Source: Verrucomicrobia bacterium UBA1412
GTDB taxonomy: Bacteria > Verrucomicrobiota > Verrucomicrobiia > Limisphaerales > UBA1412
Reading direction: 5' to 3'
Length of the DNA: 54,902 nucleotides
NCBI GenBank assembly: GCA_002305615.1
Contig: DBPU01000026.1
Coordinates: 40,660 to 95,561, forward strand
Shown here: piece by piece, positions 1 through 9,296 of the stretch
Numbering within the stretch: position 1 is the first letter of the stretch
Layout: every line of letters begins with the position of its first letter
The notes under the pieces: model-generated
Told to the model about the DNA's origin: nothing
Databases searched by the model: none
Seen by the model: the letters and a program-made list of their open reading frames with translations, nothing else
Translations under genes and position numbers: made by a program

Positions 1-1007
1 TGCCAGGCTTTGTGTTTCATCTTCTTGATATCCTCCAGAACGGCATCGGCTTGCTGCCCCGAAACAATGGCAACCATGCCAACCCCCATATTGAAAACCT
101 GATATATCTCTGATTCATCTATGAGACCGGACTCCTGAATCAGCTTAAAAATGGGCAATACAGGCCACGATCCCCTCTCAACCACAGCATCGCAGTTACG
201 GGGCAACACCCGTGGGATATTATCAATGAATCCGCCACCTGTGATGTGAGCAAACCCCTTCAACACGCGGGGAGCTTTAGGCTGATTGTACTTCTTCAAA
301 AGCATTTGAATCACATTCCCGTAGCTGATGTGAACCTTGAGCAGCTCCGCACCCAGCGTGGTTTTGAGGCCGGCCGGTTTGGAATCCAGCTCTAACCCCA
401 GCTTTTCAAGGAAGATTTTGCGAGCCAACGAATATCCATTCGTATGAAGGCCGCTGGACGCGATTCCAATTAACCGATCGCCCTTTTTAATCCCCTTTCC
501 GTCAAGCAGATTAGATTTCTCAACCACGCCGACGATTGTTCCGGACACATCATATTCACCCGGAGCGTAAAAATCAGGCATCTGAGCGGTCTCTCCTCCA
601 ATGAGAGCACAACGGTTCTCCTTGCAAGCCTTGGCAAAACCGCTGATCAATTGGGGAAATACCTTCGCATCCAGCTTGCCGGTCCCAATATAATCCAGGA
701 AAAAGAGCGGCTCGGCTCCCATGACCGCAATATCTCCCACACAATGATTCACTAAATCCGCGCCCACGGTATTGTGCTTATTCATTGCGAAAGCAATCTT
801 CAGTTTGGTACCAACACCATCCACGCTGGAAACCAAAACAGGCTGTTTATATTGGCTTGTCTTAAGAGCAAATAGTCCCCCAAACCCACCTACCTTCCCG
901 AGGACTTCGGGGCGATGGGTCGAAGCTAATAACTTGGGGAGTTTGGATTTTACAGAATTGCCGAGGTCTATATCCACCCCGGCTTGAGCATAAGCTTTTT
1001 TCTTCAC
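1..1007 (-). CDS. purM: Phosphoribosylformylglycinamidine cyclo-ligase (AIR synthetase); the 3' end runs off the left edge
   Basis: Absent from the ORF track because no stop lies inside the window. My reverse-strand translation from a GTG at 1007 reads VKKKAYAQAGVDIDLGN..GKVGGFGGLFAL..VSSVDGVGTKL..LIGGETAQ..YQVFNMGVGMVAIVSGQQADAVLEDIKKMKHKAW. These are conserved PurM blocks. About 335 codons are present. Confidence 0.85.
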   Translation of the reverse strand, partial: MKKKAYAQAGVDIDLGNSVKSKLPKLLASTHRPEVLGKVGGFGGLFALKTSQYKQPVLVSSVDGVGTKLKIAFAMNKHNTVGADLVNHCVGDIAVMGAEPLFFLDYIGTGKLDAKVFPQLISGFAKACKENRCALIGGETAQMPDFYAPGEYDVSGTIVGVVEKSNLLDGKGIKKGDRLIGIASSGLHTNGYSLARKIFLEKLGLELDSKPAGLKTTLGAELLKVHISYGNVIQMLLKKYNQPKAPRVLKGFAHITGGGFIDNIPRVLPRNCDAVVERGSWPVLPIFKLIQESGLIDESEIYQVFNMGVGMVAIVSGQQADAVLEDIKKMKHKAW

Positions 1008-1110
1008 AATTTGTCCAGTTGAAATGTTATTTTGCCAGGCAAGAGAATCCCGCCGCCCTTATCCAAACGGGAAAACCGGTTCTTCGCAAGCCTCAAATGC
1101 AATCTGAGAA

Positions 1111-2547
1111 TTATTTTTCATTTTTTTCGCCGATCTCCTCCTCTCTGACCTTGGCAACGGGCAACTCGCTCACAAGCCAGCGATGTTTCCCTCGAGCCGT
1201 CCGTTCCGTTTCTTCTACGGCCCTAAAGCTCACTTCAAAGTCATCACCAAGCTTCTTTCTTATCCCTGCACGAATAGTCTCCAGCTGAGTATTACTGAAT
1301 TGAGGGGTCGGTTTATAGCGGAACTCGGCGACTCCAGGCTCTCTTTGATAAAACTGTACCGCATAGAGATTGTCAAAAACGGCATCATGCATGTTAAACA
1401 TCGTCAGAGAAATCCTTCTTCCCATCGCGCTAACCAAAAATTCCTGCTCTCGCCCGGCTATTTCCGTCGCAGCCAACCAGGGCAGCTCGTGCGGATAATC
1501 CGCCGTAGCCACTTTCACATAATCTCCGGTCCGATACCGAATAAGAGGCATGACGTGGTTGTGAAAAGAGGTAGCGATCACCTCTTGATATCCCTCCTCA
1601 TCGGCAGGCCCCAACTCAGTATAACCATAAGTCGGCCAAAAGTAGAAAAAAGGCGTGCTGGCTCCTTCGCCGGCCAATACAGCCCGCTCGGAATGACCAT
1701 ACCAGCGATAAACCTGGCATCGAAAGACCCGTTCTAGCATCCGCTTCTGAGGAAGGTTCAAACGCTCTGAACCACACAGAACCGCTTTCAACGGAACCCG
1801 CCAGGATTGGCGGCTCTGGTCCAAATACTCTGCTATCTGCAAAGCAGCCGAAGGATATGCGTGGAGAAAATCGGGCTTAAACGCTTCAATTCTCTCCAAA
1901 TATTCCGGCATTCTCTCTGCTGTCAAGTGAGCCGAAGACATCAGAAGCCAGTTGCGAGTCGCATCATAAGAGTAAATACGCCCTGATGAGGATTGCGTTG
2001 TCACATGCCCCCGGATTAAAACCAGCCGAGCTCCGGACTGCCATCCCGCCCGCTGCCACATGGCTTCCAAAAAAGCCTGCTCTTTCGGGCGGCTGACTCC
2101 TTTTTGTAGGTAAAAACCAACAGGCACCCCGGTCGAACCGCCTGTCGTAATATAAAGCCGCTTGGAAGCTGGGTATTCCAGGGAAACGAATTCTTGCAGA
2201 TGCTCTTGAATATCCCTCTTTTCCAATAGGGGAGCAGAAACTATATTTTCCGGTTCAAGAACTTTTTCCGGGTGAAACTTAGCCCGTTCAAAAGCCTTTC
2301 GATACCATGGACACGAGCTCTGCGCCCTCATTAAAGTAGAGCGTATCTGCTTTAACTGGTATTCTCGAATATCCTCCTCATCCCAATCCAAGGATTCTCG
2401 GATAAGGCGTTTGAATTGAGAGTAACCTTCACCCCACTTCCATTTCCCTGGAAGAATACGATAAACCGACCCCAGAAAGGTTTTCATCCCATCTGGAACA
2501 GAATCGTACACTTTTAAAAGCGGATAAAGCTTATCTTCCAGCGACAT
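1111..2547 (-). CDS. Adenylate-forming enzyme of the phenylacetate-CoA ligase / CapK / F390-synthetase family
   Basis: 478-aa ORF. It has the ANL-type P-loop YITTGGSTGVPVGFYL, plus RYRTGD later, and the length is typical of PaaK/CapK-like ligases. The substrate cannot be inferred. Confidence 0.6.
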   Translation of the reverse strand: MSLEDKLYPLLKVYDSVPDGMKTFLGSVYRILPGKWKWGEGYSQFKRLIRESLDWDEEDIREYQLKQIRSTLMRAQSSCPWYRKAFERAKFHPEKVLEPENIVSAPLLEKRDIQEHLQEFVSLEYPASKRLYITTGGSTGVPVGFYLQKGVSRPKEQAFLEAMWQRAGWQSGARLVLIRGHVTTQSSSGRIYSYDATRNWLLMSSAHLTAERMPEYLERIEAFKPDFLHAYPSAALQIAEYLDQSRQSWRVPLKAVLCGSERLNLPQKRMLERVFRCQVYRWYGHSERAVLAGEGASTPFFYFWPTYGYTELGPADEEGYQEVIATSFHNHVMPLIRYRTGDYVKVATADYPHELPWLAATEIAGREQEFLVSAMGRRISLTMFNMHDAVFDNLYAVQFYQREPGVAEFRYKPTPQFSNTQLETIRAGIRKKLGDDFEVSFRAVEETERTARGKHRWLVSELPVAKVREEEIGEKNEK

Positions 2548-2620
2548 CTCAATTCAATAGGTAACCATCTCTCCGGCCAGCACTTCACACATATAAAGCA
2601 CTGGCCAGAAAGAATGTTTT

Positions 2621-4408
2621 CTACTCCTGTCTTTTTGCTTTAATATCCCGCAAATTTACAGGAGACCACGCAGAATCCGCGCTACGTACCAGAAGCTGAA
2701 TCGGCTGACCGGCTTCGAATTCAAACACGCCCAGAGAAACCGGGGCGCTGAACTTCTCATAGCTGCCTGTGCTTTTGACCTTAACCGGGCTGACCTTGTC
2801 GCCTACGACCACTTCCATTACCGTATCACCTTGGCTCGCAACGGAGCTGAAAAGCTCAAATTTACCTGAGTTTTTCAGTTTAAAATTCCATGAAAAAGAA
2901 TCCTTGGAATCCGTCCAGTAACCGATATTGTCTTTGCTTTCTTTTTGCTCAACAATGAGTTTTCCGGTTAATTCTGCCTCGCCCACGGCAAGATCGAAAT
3001 CTTTGCTTCCATCAACGATCAAGGGAATGACCTCAACATTCAGAAAACCTTTCAACTTCAATGAAATAACCTCCGGTCTTTCCAGGTTTCCGGGAGTTCT
3101 TCCGGGCACTTTAACCCATACCCCTGATTCGTCGATTTGAGTGCTGACCGGGACGGGTTCCCATAGCAAATTAGCGCTGAGAACTTCATTACGAAGCCCG
3201 GGCAGTAACAGAGTTCCATCTTCGGGCCAATCAAAGACATGCAGATAAAGACGCACGCCATCGGGCTCCAGGCGTTTCGTGCAGCGGCCCCAGGACAATT
3301 TCTTGAAAGGACTTGCCGTAGTATTGTAAATGCTCTCTCCGTTAATGTGCATCCAATTGCCAACCTCACTAAAACATTCCACAGTCGCTTCGGGAACACT
3401 GCCATCAGCCTTGGGCCCCATGTTGATGAGATAATTTCCTCCTTTGGAAGCAATGTCCACCAGGTTTTTAATAACTCTTTCAGGAGATTTCCAGTTTTGA
3501 TCATGCTCTGAATACCCCCAGGTATTGTTCAGCGTCATGCACACCTCCCAATCACGGCCATCCGCATAACCCGTAGAAGGAATATGTTGCTCCGGCGTCG
3601 CAGAATCACCATGGAAATTACCGCCCAGGCGGTCATTCATAATGATTCCGGGCTGGAGTTCATGAGCCAGCTTGAATAGAGGTTCCGCCAGCTCCGGTGT
3701 CATATTGGCAGGAGTATCCCACCAGATGATGTCAATCTTGCCGTAATTGCTTAAAATTTCCCTGGTTTGGGGTATCGCTATTTCATTAATGTATTTGGCA
3801 AAATCCCCCTTCTGTGCATCGTCCCACTTATTCTTGTAAGCGCCCCCACCCGGGTGTGTCCAGTCCTGCGCCTGAGAATAGTAAAACCCGAATTTCATGC
3901 CGTGCTTGTGGCAGGCTTCTGCCAATGGAGCAATTAAATCTTTTCCATAAGGAGTCGCATCCACCACATCCCAGTTGCTAACCTTACTATTGAAAAGAGC
4001 AAAGCCATCATGGTGTTTGGACGTAATCACAATATATTTCATCCCGGCCTTCTTTGCCATGATCACCCATTGCTCGGGCGTGTAGTTCACCGGATTAAAC
4101 TTCTCAGAATAGGCCTTGTAATCGGCCACAGGAATCTCCATGTCGTTTAATATCCACTCTCCGGCGCCCCCTGTCTGCTTACCGTTGTGGGCCCCTGCCA
4201 GAGCCGCATAAACACCCCAGTGTATGAACATTCCGAATTTGGCTTCTCTCCACCAGGCCATCCGAGCATCATGCTCAGCCTTACTTTCCACCGGCTGGGT
4301 AATGACGGGTTGAGATTTCGTTTCTGCGGCCTCGGACGCCAAGGGCGACACGCTCACCCATGCCGCCAGTAACGCCGCAGCACTCATTTTCTTAGTAAAA
4401 CTTTTCAT
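2621..4408 (-). CDS. Secreted alpha-L-fucosidase (GH29) with a C-terminal beta-sandwich (CBM-like) domain
   Basis: GH29 blocks WWREAKFGMFIHWGVYA and KYIVITSKHHDGFALFNS. I prefer the ATG at 4408 (MKSFTKKMSAAALLAAWVSVSPLASEA, a signal peptide) over the track start at 4462. The last ~140 aa (IGYWTDSKDSFSWNFKL..) look like a carbohydrate-binding module. Confidence 0.85.
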   Translation of the reverse strand: MKSFTKKMSAAALLAAWVSVSPLASEAAETKSQPVITQPVESKAEHDARMAWWREAKFGMFIHWGVYAALAGAHNGKQTGGAGEWILNDMEIPVADYKAYSEKFNPVNYTPEQWVIMAKKAGMKYIVITSKHHDGFALFNSKVSNWDVVDATPYGKDLIAPLAEACHKHGMKFGFYYSQAQDWTHPGGGAYKNKWDDAQKGDFAKYINEIAIPQTREILSNYGKIDIIWWDTPANMTPELAEPLFKLAHELQPGIIMNDRLGGNFHGDSATPEQHIPSTGYADGRDWEVCMTLNNTWGYSEHDQNWKSPERVIKNLVDIASKGGNYLINMGPKADGSVPEATVECFSEVGNWMHINGESIYNTTASPFKKLSWGRCTKRLEPDGVRLYLHVFDWPEDGTLLLPGLRNEVLSANLLWEPVPVSTQIDESGVWVKVPGRTPGNLERPEVISLKLKGFLNVEVIPLIVDGSKDFDLAVGEAELTGKLIVEQKESKDNIGYWTDSKDSFSWNFKLKNSGKFELFSSVASQGDTVMEVVVGDKVSPVKVKSTGSYEKFSAPVSLGVFEFEAGQPIQLLVRSADSAWSPVNLRDIKAKRQE

Positions 4409-4568
4409 AATTAAACAAAAATTATCAAGAGGGATACTGGCAAAACAACCCCGCTTTGGCAAGCTTTTTAGCCTTTTGGGAACAGATCATCCCAGAATAT
4501 CTGCTAATACTCTTTTTTCTTCTCCCTACACTTCAAAAAATCTGCCGAAATAAAAGAATCCGGGACTC

Positions 4569-6527
4569 TCAGGAATTGTCCGGGAGAAAGGCATCATAGC
4601 GGAGCGCCATCACCGTTATATCGTCGGACTGTGGTTCGTCTTGTGCGTATTGATGCACAGCGTCACACAGAGAGGCCGTTATCGAAGAAACAGGCTCAGA
4701 CGCTTTATCCTCCAAAAATGCAAGAAGACGATCTTCACCAAAAAGTTTCTGCTCGGAATTCATCGCTTCATTCACGCCGTCGGTATAGATAACGAGAGTT
4801 TCACCGGGGTTTAGCCGAACACACCTGTCTTCGTAAATGGGATAATTGCTGATTCCCAATACAATTCCTTTAGGTAAATCCATGCAGATGGGAGCGAGCC
4901 CCTCCTTCAGGAGTATCGGAGGCAGATGTCCTGCATTGGAATACTCCAACACGCCGGTTTCCGTATCCAGTATACCGCAGAAAACGGTCACAAACATCGT
5001 GTGCTCATTCTGCAAGGCAAGCTCATGGCCTACTTGTTTGAGAATCCCCGAGGGAGAAACTTTTTGATGCTGCATCCCTTTCATCAGGGTGAGAGTTACG
5101 GCCATAAAGAGAGCCGCGGGCACACCTTTGCCGGAAACATCTCCGACCGCAAAGAAAAGCCGCTTATCATCCATTCGGAAAAAGGTATATAAATCCCCAC
5201 CCACTTCTTTGGCCGGCTCCAGAAGAGCATGGATTTTTACGTTATCGACGCCTGGAATATTAAAGTTTCGAGTCAAAAAACTCATCTGGATATGTGTCGC
5301 AATTTTCAGCTCACTCGTAATTCGTTCCTGTTGGACTAAGGATCTGCCCAGGCTGGCAATATAATCCTTCAAACTCGTCCTCATGTTATCGATAGAGCTG
5401 GAAAGAAAGTCGATTTCATCTCGCCTTCCATATCGTTTGATGGCGATGTCCAGATTCCCCTTGGCAATTTCCCCCGTCTCTTTTGCCAGGCCAGCAATAG
5501 GGTGTGTAAACCTTTTTGAAATCCAGAGGACGGTCAAAAGCAAAATGATGAGCCCCAGAATGGCCGAGTGAATAGCGATATCTCTTACGTCGTCCAAGTC
5601 ATCCAGGACCTCTGCCTCCGTCACAACGAAAAGAATAGACCAACCGCTTTTCTGAATCTTTGATAGATAAAGCCAAATTTTCTCTCCTGAACTGGGGACG
5701 AATTCGTCGATGCGCCCGGAATTATCCTTTTGCTCTTTAATGATGGCCGCCAATTTTTTCGGATCCGGCATCCAGCGGTTTTCTTCCCCTTCCGAGGACG
5801 GAAGAACCAATATTTCCCCCCCGGCAGAAACCAGCATGGCAGAGCCAGTATCATACACTCTGACCCGATTGATAATTTTCTGCACTGCCAAAAGCCCCAT
5901 ATCAGCAGTCACTACCCCCATGAAGGAGCGCGTTCCATCCGGTTCGGTTTTAAAAAACGGCACACTATAGGTACACATGGAGGCATTGCCTCCACCTTGA
6001 TCATAATAGGGTTCCGACCAATTGGGGCGGAGCTCTCTCTCAGGAATAGTAAACCAATCCCAAACAGGATAGTTATAACTGGGGTCGTTTAAATTTGTCT
6101 CAACCAGTTCCCCGTCTTTCCAGTAGGAGTAAAAGGCCATGTTTGTCCCAAAGTAGCTTCCGGGCTTAAAGGCGACAGCTGAACCGTAGAAAAGCTCCGG
6201 GCTCATATTCAAAAGATTTTTGATAGACCACTGAATTTCCTCCGGACTGGTGTAGCCGTGTTCCACGTTGCGTTTAAGACTTTCTGTGGCATTCTCAATG
6301 CCGGATAGCAGTGCCGTAATTCGACTGCCGGTCTCTTCATTGAGCCTTTCTACCACCTGGGATACAGCCTCTTGCATCACTCTTTGAACCCTGACATGCA
6401 AATACCACATAATCCCAGAAACAATCAGGGAAGTGCAGAGAAACACGTAGAGACACAAACGAAATGTCAGGCTGTGATAAAAATTTACTTTCTTTGTCAT
6501 GAAAAAGTTACACTGCTTTTCCGTCAA
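4569..6527 (-). CDS. Membrane sensor phosphatase: Cache-like periplasmic domain, HAMP, PP2C/SpoIIE (RsbU-like)
   Basis: Two TM segments flank a ~270-aa periplasmic region (PNWSEPYYDQGGGNASMCTYSVPFF, Cache-like). HAMP segment: IAGLAKETGEIAKGNLDIAI. SpoIIE blocks: GGDLYTFF, VGDVSGKGVPAALFMA, YTDGVNEA and SDDITVMAL. Confidence 0.8.
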   Translation of the reverse strand: MTEKQCNFFMTKKVNFYHSLTFRLCLYVFLCTSLIVSGIMWYLHVRVQRVMQEAVSQVVERLNEETGSRITALLSGIENATESLKRNVEHGYTSPEEIQWSIKNLLNMSPELFYGSAVAFKPGSYFGTNMAFYSYWKDGELVETNLNDPSYNYPVWDWFTIPERELRPNWSEPYYDQGGGNASMCTYSVPFFKTEPDGTRSFMGVVTADMGLLAVQKIINRVRVYDTGSAMLVSAGGEILVLPSSEGEENRWMPDPKKLAAIIKEQKDNSGRIDEFVPSSGEKIWLYLSKIQKSGWSILFVVTEAEVLDDLDDVRDIAIHSAILGLIILLLTVLWISKRFTHPIAGLAKETGEIAKGNLDIAIKRYGRRDEIDFLSSSIDNMRTSLKDYIASLGRSLVQQERITSELKIATHIQMSFLTRNFNIPGVDNVKIHALLEPAKEVGGDLYTFFRMDDKRLFFAVGDVSGKGVPAALFMAVTLTLMKGMQHQKVSPSGILKQVGHELALQNEHTMFVTVFCGILDTETGVLEYSNAGHLPPILLKEGLAPICMDLPKGIVLGISNYPIYEDRCVRLNPGETLVIYTDGVNEAMNSEQKLFGEDRLLAFLEDKASEPVSSITASLCDAVHQYAQDEPQSDDITVMALRYDAFLPDNS

Positions 6528-6671
6528 TTCCAGGGTGAAAACTTACTTCGATTCAAACCATTCAATAACGGGGAAAGTATGAAGAAAAAGGTGAATAAGT
6601 TCAAGGGCAGAGTCTAATCTTTTTCTGAGCAGAGTTTCCGATTATTAATTTGTTTTCTAGCAAACAACCCC

Positions 6672-6717
6672 CGAAAAACAGAAAGCAGGCAAACACCAAC
6701 TCCGGCACTTGCCTGCT
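6672..6717 (-). terminator. Rho-independent terminator downstream of the 6748..8034 gene
   Basis: On the minus strand, a 9-bp stem AGCAGGCAA (6717-6709) pairs with TTGCCTGCT (6692-6684) around a 16-nt loop, followed by TTCTGTTTTT. It sits ~30 nt after the stop at 6748. Confidence 0.55.
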
Positions 6718-6747
6718 ACTTAAAAAATATTCCGAAAACAGAGCGAG

Positions 6748-8034
6748 CTATCTGCCTCCGCCGCCTCTCATTCCTCTGCCTCCCATCATCATACGAAAAT
6801 CCATTTGTGGCGGCTCTGAAAAGGCACCCGGATTAGCACGATACTCTAATTGTGTCCTTGCGCTCCGAAAGAGTCCAAGCATATTTTGGTCATTTGCATA
6901 TTGAGACTCCAGCGTAGAGAGGTAGTTCAATCGGGTTTGAGCTACATCAGGGGTGAGGCCTTCACCCCCGGGACCGGCACCCGAAAGCCCCATCAACAGC
7001 ATTCCCCTCAGCCCTTGATTGTCACCAACGGAATTCAAAGCCGTATTAAACATCTCATTAGCCTGAGAGTTCGAGCCGACAAAATTCAATGCTGAGGCCA
7101 TCAGGCGAGCCTGATCTTGCTGGGCTATATTGGGATCCATGAAGCTACTGTAGATTGCCGGCATTGCACCTTCACCCAGAGATCGAACCAGGAAATCCAA
7201 GGTCGTTCCATCCACTCTGCCATCTACTATGAGACTGTTCTGCAGGGCTGCCGCATATTCAGTATCCCCCAGTTGAGCCAGCAAATCGTAAAGCTGGCGC
7301 TTATCAGCATTGTTAATTTCAGTGGAAGCCAAAAGGTTGCGGGCTGTCGTAATAGTCACGTTACGAAAAGCGCTCTCATCAATGCCTTGCAGAATCCTCG
7401 ACAGATAAACCAACTCGGATGCATCCATGGCAGTAGGAACCAGCTGTCCTAAAAGGCCAATCGCCTCATCTCCTCCAATATCTCCAAGAACCTCGATCAG
7501 CCCCTGTCGAGTGCTGGCGGGAATCATGCCGCCGCCGCGACCCATGCCCATCATTCCCATTCGATTTCTCATGTCACCAGGCCCATTACCTCCCGGCTGC
7601 ATACCCATCTGCCCTTCGAAGGGATTACCACCTCCACGGCCCATACCTGAAAGCTGCACATTGTCGCCACTCAAAAAATAACCCTTGATGGGATCAACGG
7701 ATTCAGTACCCGCTTCCACCAATCCTTGGAAACAGAAAAGAGCCTCACGGATTCTCTTGCGGTTATCTTCCCCCAGATTGCGAAGCCGCTCCACAAGAAC
7801 GATCGGGTCCAGACCTGAAGTGATTTCATGGGCCGGAGCCGCTATGTTGCTCGCCCCAGACCTCGCACGGCTGATTTCCGCTTCCAATTGCGCCCGTTCC
7901 TGATTCCAAAGCGCGGTGCGCTTGGCAACCTCTTCTGCTGCATTGCGATCGACTTTTAACACATAAAAACCGCTAGCGCCCACCACACAAAAGCAAATGG
8001 CAACAGCGCCGGCTAAAATACTTTTCGCACTCAT
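6748..8034 (-). CDS. Membrane-anchored HEAT-like repeat protein with Gly/Met-rich insertions (function unknown)
   Basis: ORF 6748..8100; I prefer the ATG at 8034 (MSAKSILAGAVAICFCVVGASGF, a TM anchor). A coiled-coil stretch is followed by HEAT-like GLIEVLGDIGGDEAIGLLGQLV. Low-complexity GMGRGGGNPFEGQMGMQPGGNGPGDMRNRMGMMGMGRGGGM and the C-terminal tail FRMMMGGRGMRGGGGR are present. I recognise no family. Confidence 0.5.
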   Translation of the reverse strand: MSAKSILAGAVAICFCVVGASGFYVLKVDRNAAEEVAKRTALWNQERAQLEAEISRARSGASNIAAPAHEITSGLDPIVLVERLRNLGEDNRKRIREALFCFQGLVEAGTESVDPIKGYFLSGDNVQLSGMGRGGGNPFEGQMGMQPGGNGPGDMRNRMGMMGMGRGGGMIPASTRQGLIEVLGDIGGDEAIGLLGQLVPTAMDASELVYLSRILQGIDESAFRNVTITTARNLLASTEINNADKRQLYDLLAQLGDTEYAAALQNSLIVDGRVDGTTLDFLVRSLGEGAMPAIYSSFMDPNIAQQDQARLMASALNFVGSNSQANEMFNTALNSVGDNQGLRGMLLMGLSGAGPGGEGLTPDVAQTRLNYLSTLESQYANDQNMLGLFRSARTQLEYRANPGAFSEPPQMDFRMMMGGRGMRGGGGR

Positions 8035-8202
8035 ATCGTTCTTTCTAAAAAATAGCCCCGTCGTGTAACACCAATGAAAAACAAAAGTTTCGTTATTCAC
8101 TTTTTTTGAGGAGACGGCACTCTCATTTTATCCTTGCTTTAAGAAACCTCCTTTTCCACAATCTGTTAAGAGCCAGATGGGCAAATTGAAAATCTGAAAA
8201 AT

Positions 8203-9243
8203 ATGATGAAAAATAAATTGATTGTACTTCTTTTCTTGGGGCTGCCATTTCTTTTCCTCCCCTGGAGCAGCCCGGCGGTATCTCCCGAAACCAACGCCTC
8301 TTCAGCTCGAATGATGTTTGGAGATACACGGCGCAAAGGAGTCCCTTTCTCCAAAGACCCTCACGTCATCTATTTCAAAGAACGTTACCTCATGTATTAC
8401 TCTATTCCACCCTTCAAAGACGAAGCGCATAATCCCGTCAAAGGTTGGGGAATCGGTATTGCCCAGAGCGATAATCTCGTCGACTGGAAACCCATTGGCG
8501 AAATCATCCCCTCTCAGGAATGTGACGCCAAGGGCCTTTGCGCTCCATGTGCACGAGTCATCAATGGTGAGGTTCACCTGTTCTATCAAGTTTATGGGAA
8601 CGGGAAAAAAGATGCCATCTGCCATGCCCGAAGCAGCGACGGTATAAAGTTTGAAAAAAATCCCACAAATCCCATTTTTCGACCAGCCGAAGGCACCTGG
8701 AGCTGCGGAAGAGCCATTGATGCCGAGCTCTACTTTTTTAAGAACAAGTACCTCCTTTACTATGCCACGCGGGATGTGGATTTTAAAAAACAACTCCTGG
8801 GAGTTGCTGTGGCTGAGTCAACGGATGGGAAACCGGTGAATTTTGATCGTCACCGCTGGACCAACCTATCCACGGAAAAAGCGATCCTGGCACCTGAGCT
8901 CCCCTGGGAAGGGCAATGTACTGAAGGCGCCTCAGTAATTGAGCGGAATGGGAAGCTCTACATGTTCTATGCCGGGGCTTACAACAACTGGCCTCAACAA
9001 GTCGGAGTCGCCGTAAGCGATGATGGCATTAGCTGGAAAAGACTCTCTGAAGAACCTTTCCTCCGCAACGGCGCCCCGGGACAGTGGAACCATAGTGAAT
9101 CAGGCCACCCCCATATCTTTGATGCTCCGGATGGACGAACTTTTCTCTTTTATCAGGGCAATAACGATAAAGGCAAAACGTGGTATCTATCCCAAGCAGA
9201 GGTTTTCTGGAATGAAAAAGGGCCTTACTTGAAAAACAAATAA
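8203..9243 (+). CDS. Secreted glycoside hydrolase with a five-bladed beta-propeller fold (GH43/GH117/GH32-clan-like)
   Basis: Signal peptide MMKNKLIVLLFLGLPFLFLPWSSPAVS. Repeated blade-like blocks: WGIGIAQSDNLVDWKP, CHARSSDGIKFEK, LGVAVAESTDG and VGVAVSDDGISWKR. The exact CAZy family is not assignable by eye. Confidence 0.55.
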   Translation: MMKNKLIVLLFLGLPFLFLPWSSPAVSPETNASSARMMFGDTRRKGVPFSKDPHVIYFKERYLMYYSIPPFKDEAHNPVKGWGIGIAQSDNLVDWKPIGEIIPSQECDAKGLCAPCARVINGEVHLFYQVYGNGKKDAICHARSSDGIKFEKNPTNPIFRPAEGTWSCGRAIDAELYFFKNKYLLYYATRDVDFKKQLLGVAVAESTDGKPVNFDRHRWTNLSTEKAILAPELPWEGQCTEGASVIERNGKLYMFYAGAYNNWPQQVGVAVSDDGISWKRLSEEPFLRNGAPGQWNHSESGHPHIFDAPDGRTFLFYQGNNDKGKTWYLSQAEVFWNEKGPYLKNK

Positions 9244-9296
9244 AGCCCTTTGCTTGTTAAAATTTCAGCCGGCAGAGCCGGTCTTCTCAGCCAACT

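Noticed and set aside
1183-1737. 184-aa plus-strand ORF inside the CapK-like gene
   Set aside because: It is antisense to an ORF with an ANL P-loop, and it has no independent support.
2558-2612. Imperfect hairpin (GGCCAG..CTGGCC) downstream of the fucosidase stop
   Set aside because: It has a 6-bp stem with a long loop and no T-run. The next gene starts 73 nt away on the same strand, so read-through is equally likely.
8123-8354. Two 62-68-aa minus-strand ORFs in the divergent promoter region and 5' end of the GH gene
   Set aside because: They are short, overlap the signal-peptide region of the plus-strand GH and have no support.
9269-9281. Small hairpin CCGGC-AGA-GCCGG between the convergent GH and Gfo/Idh/MocA genes
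   Set aside because: It has only a 5-bp stem and no U-tract on either strand, which is too weak to call a terminator.
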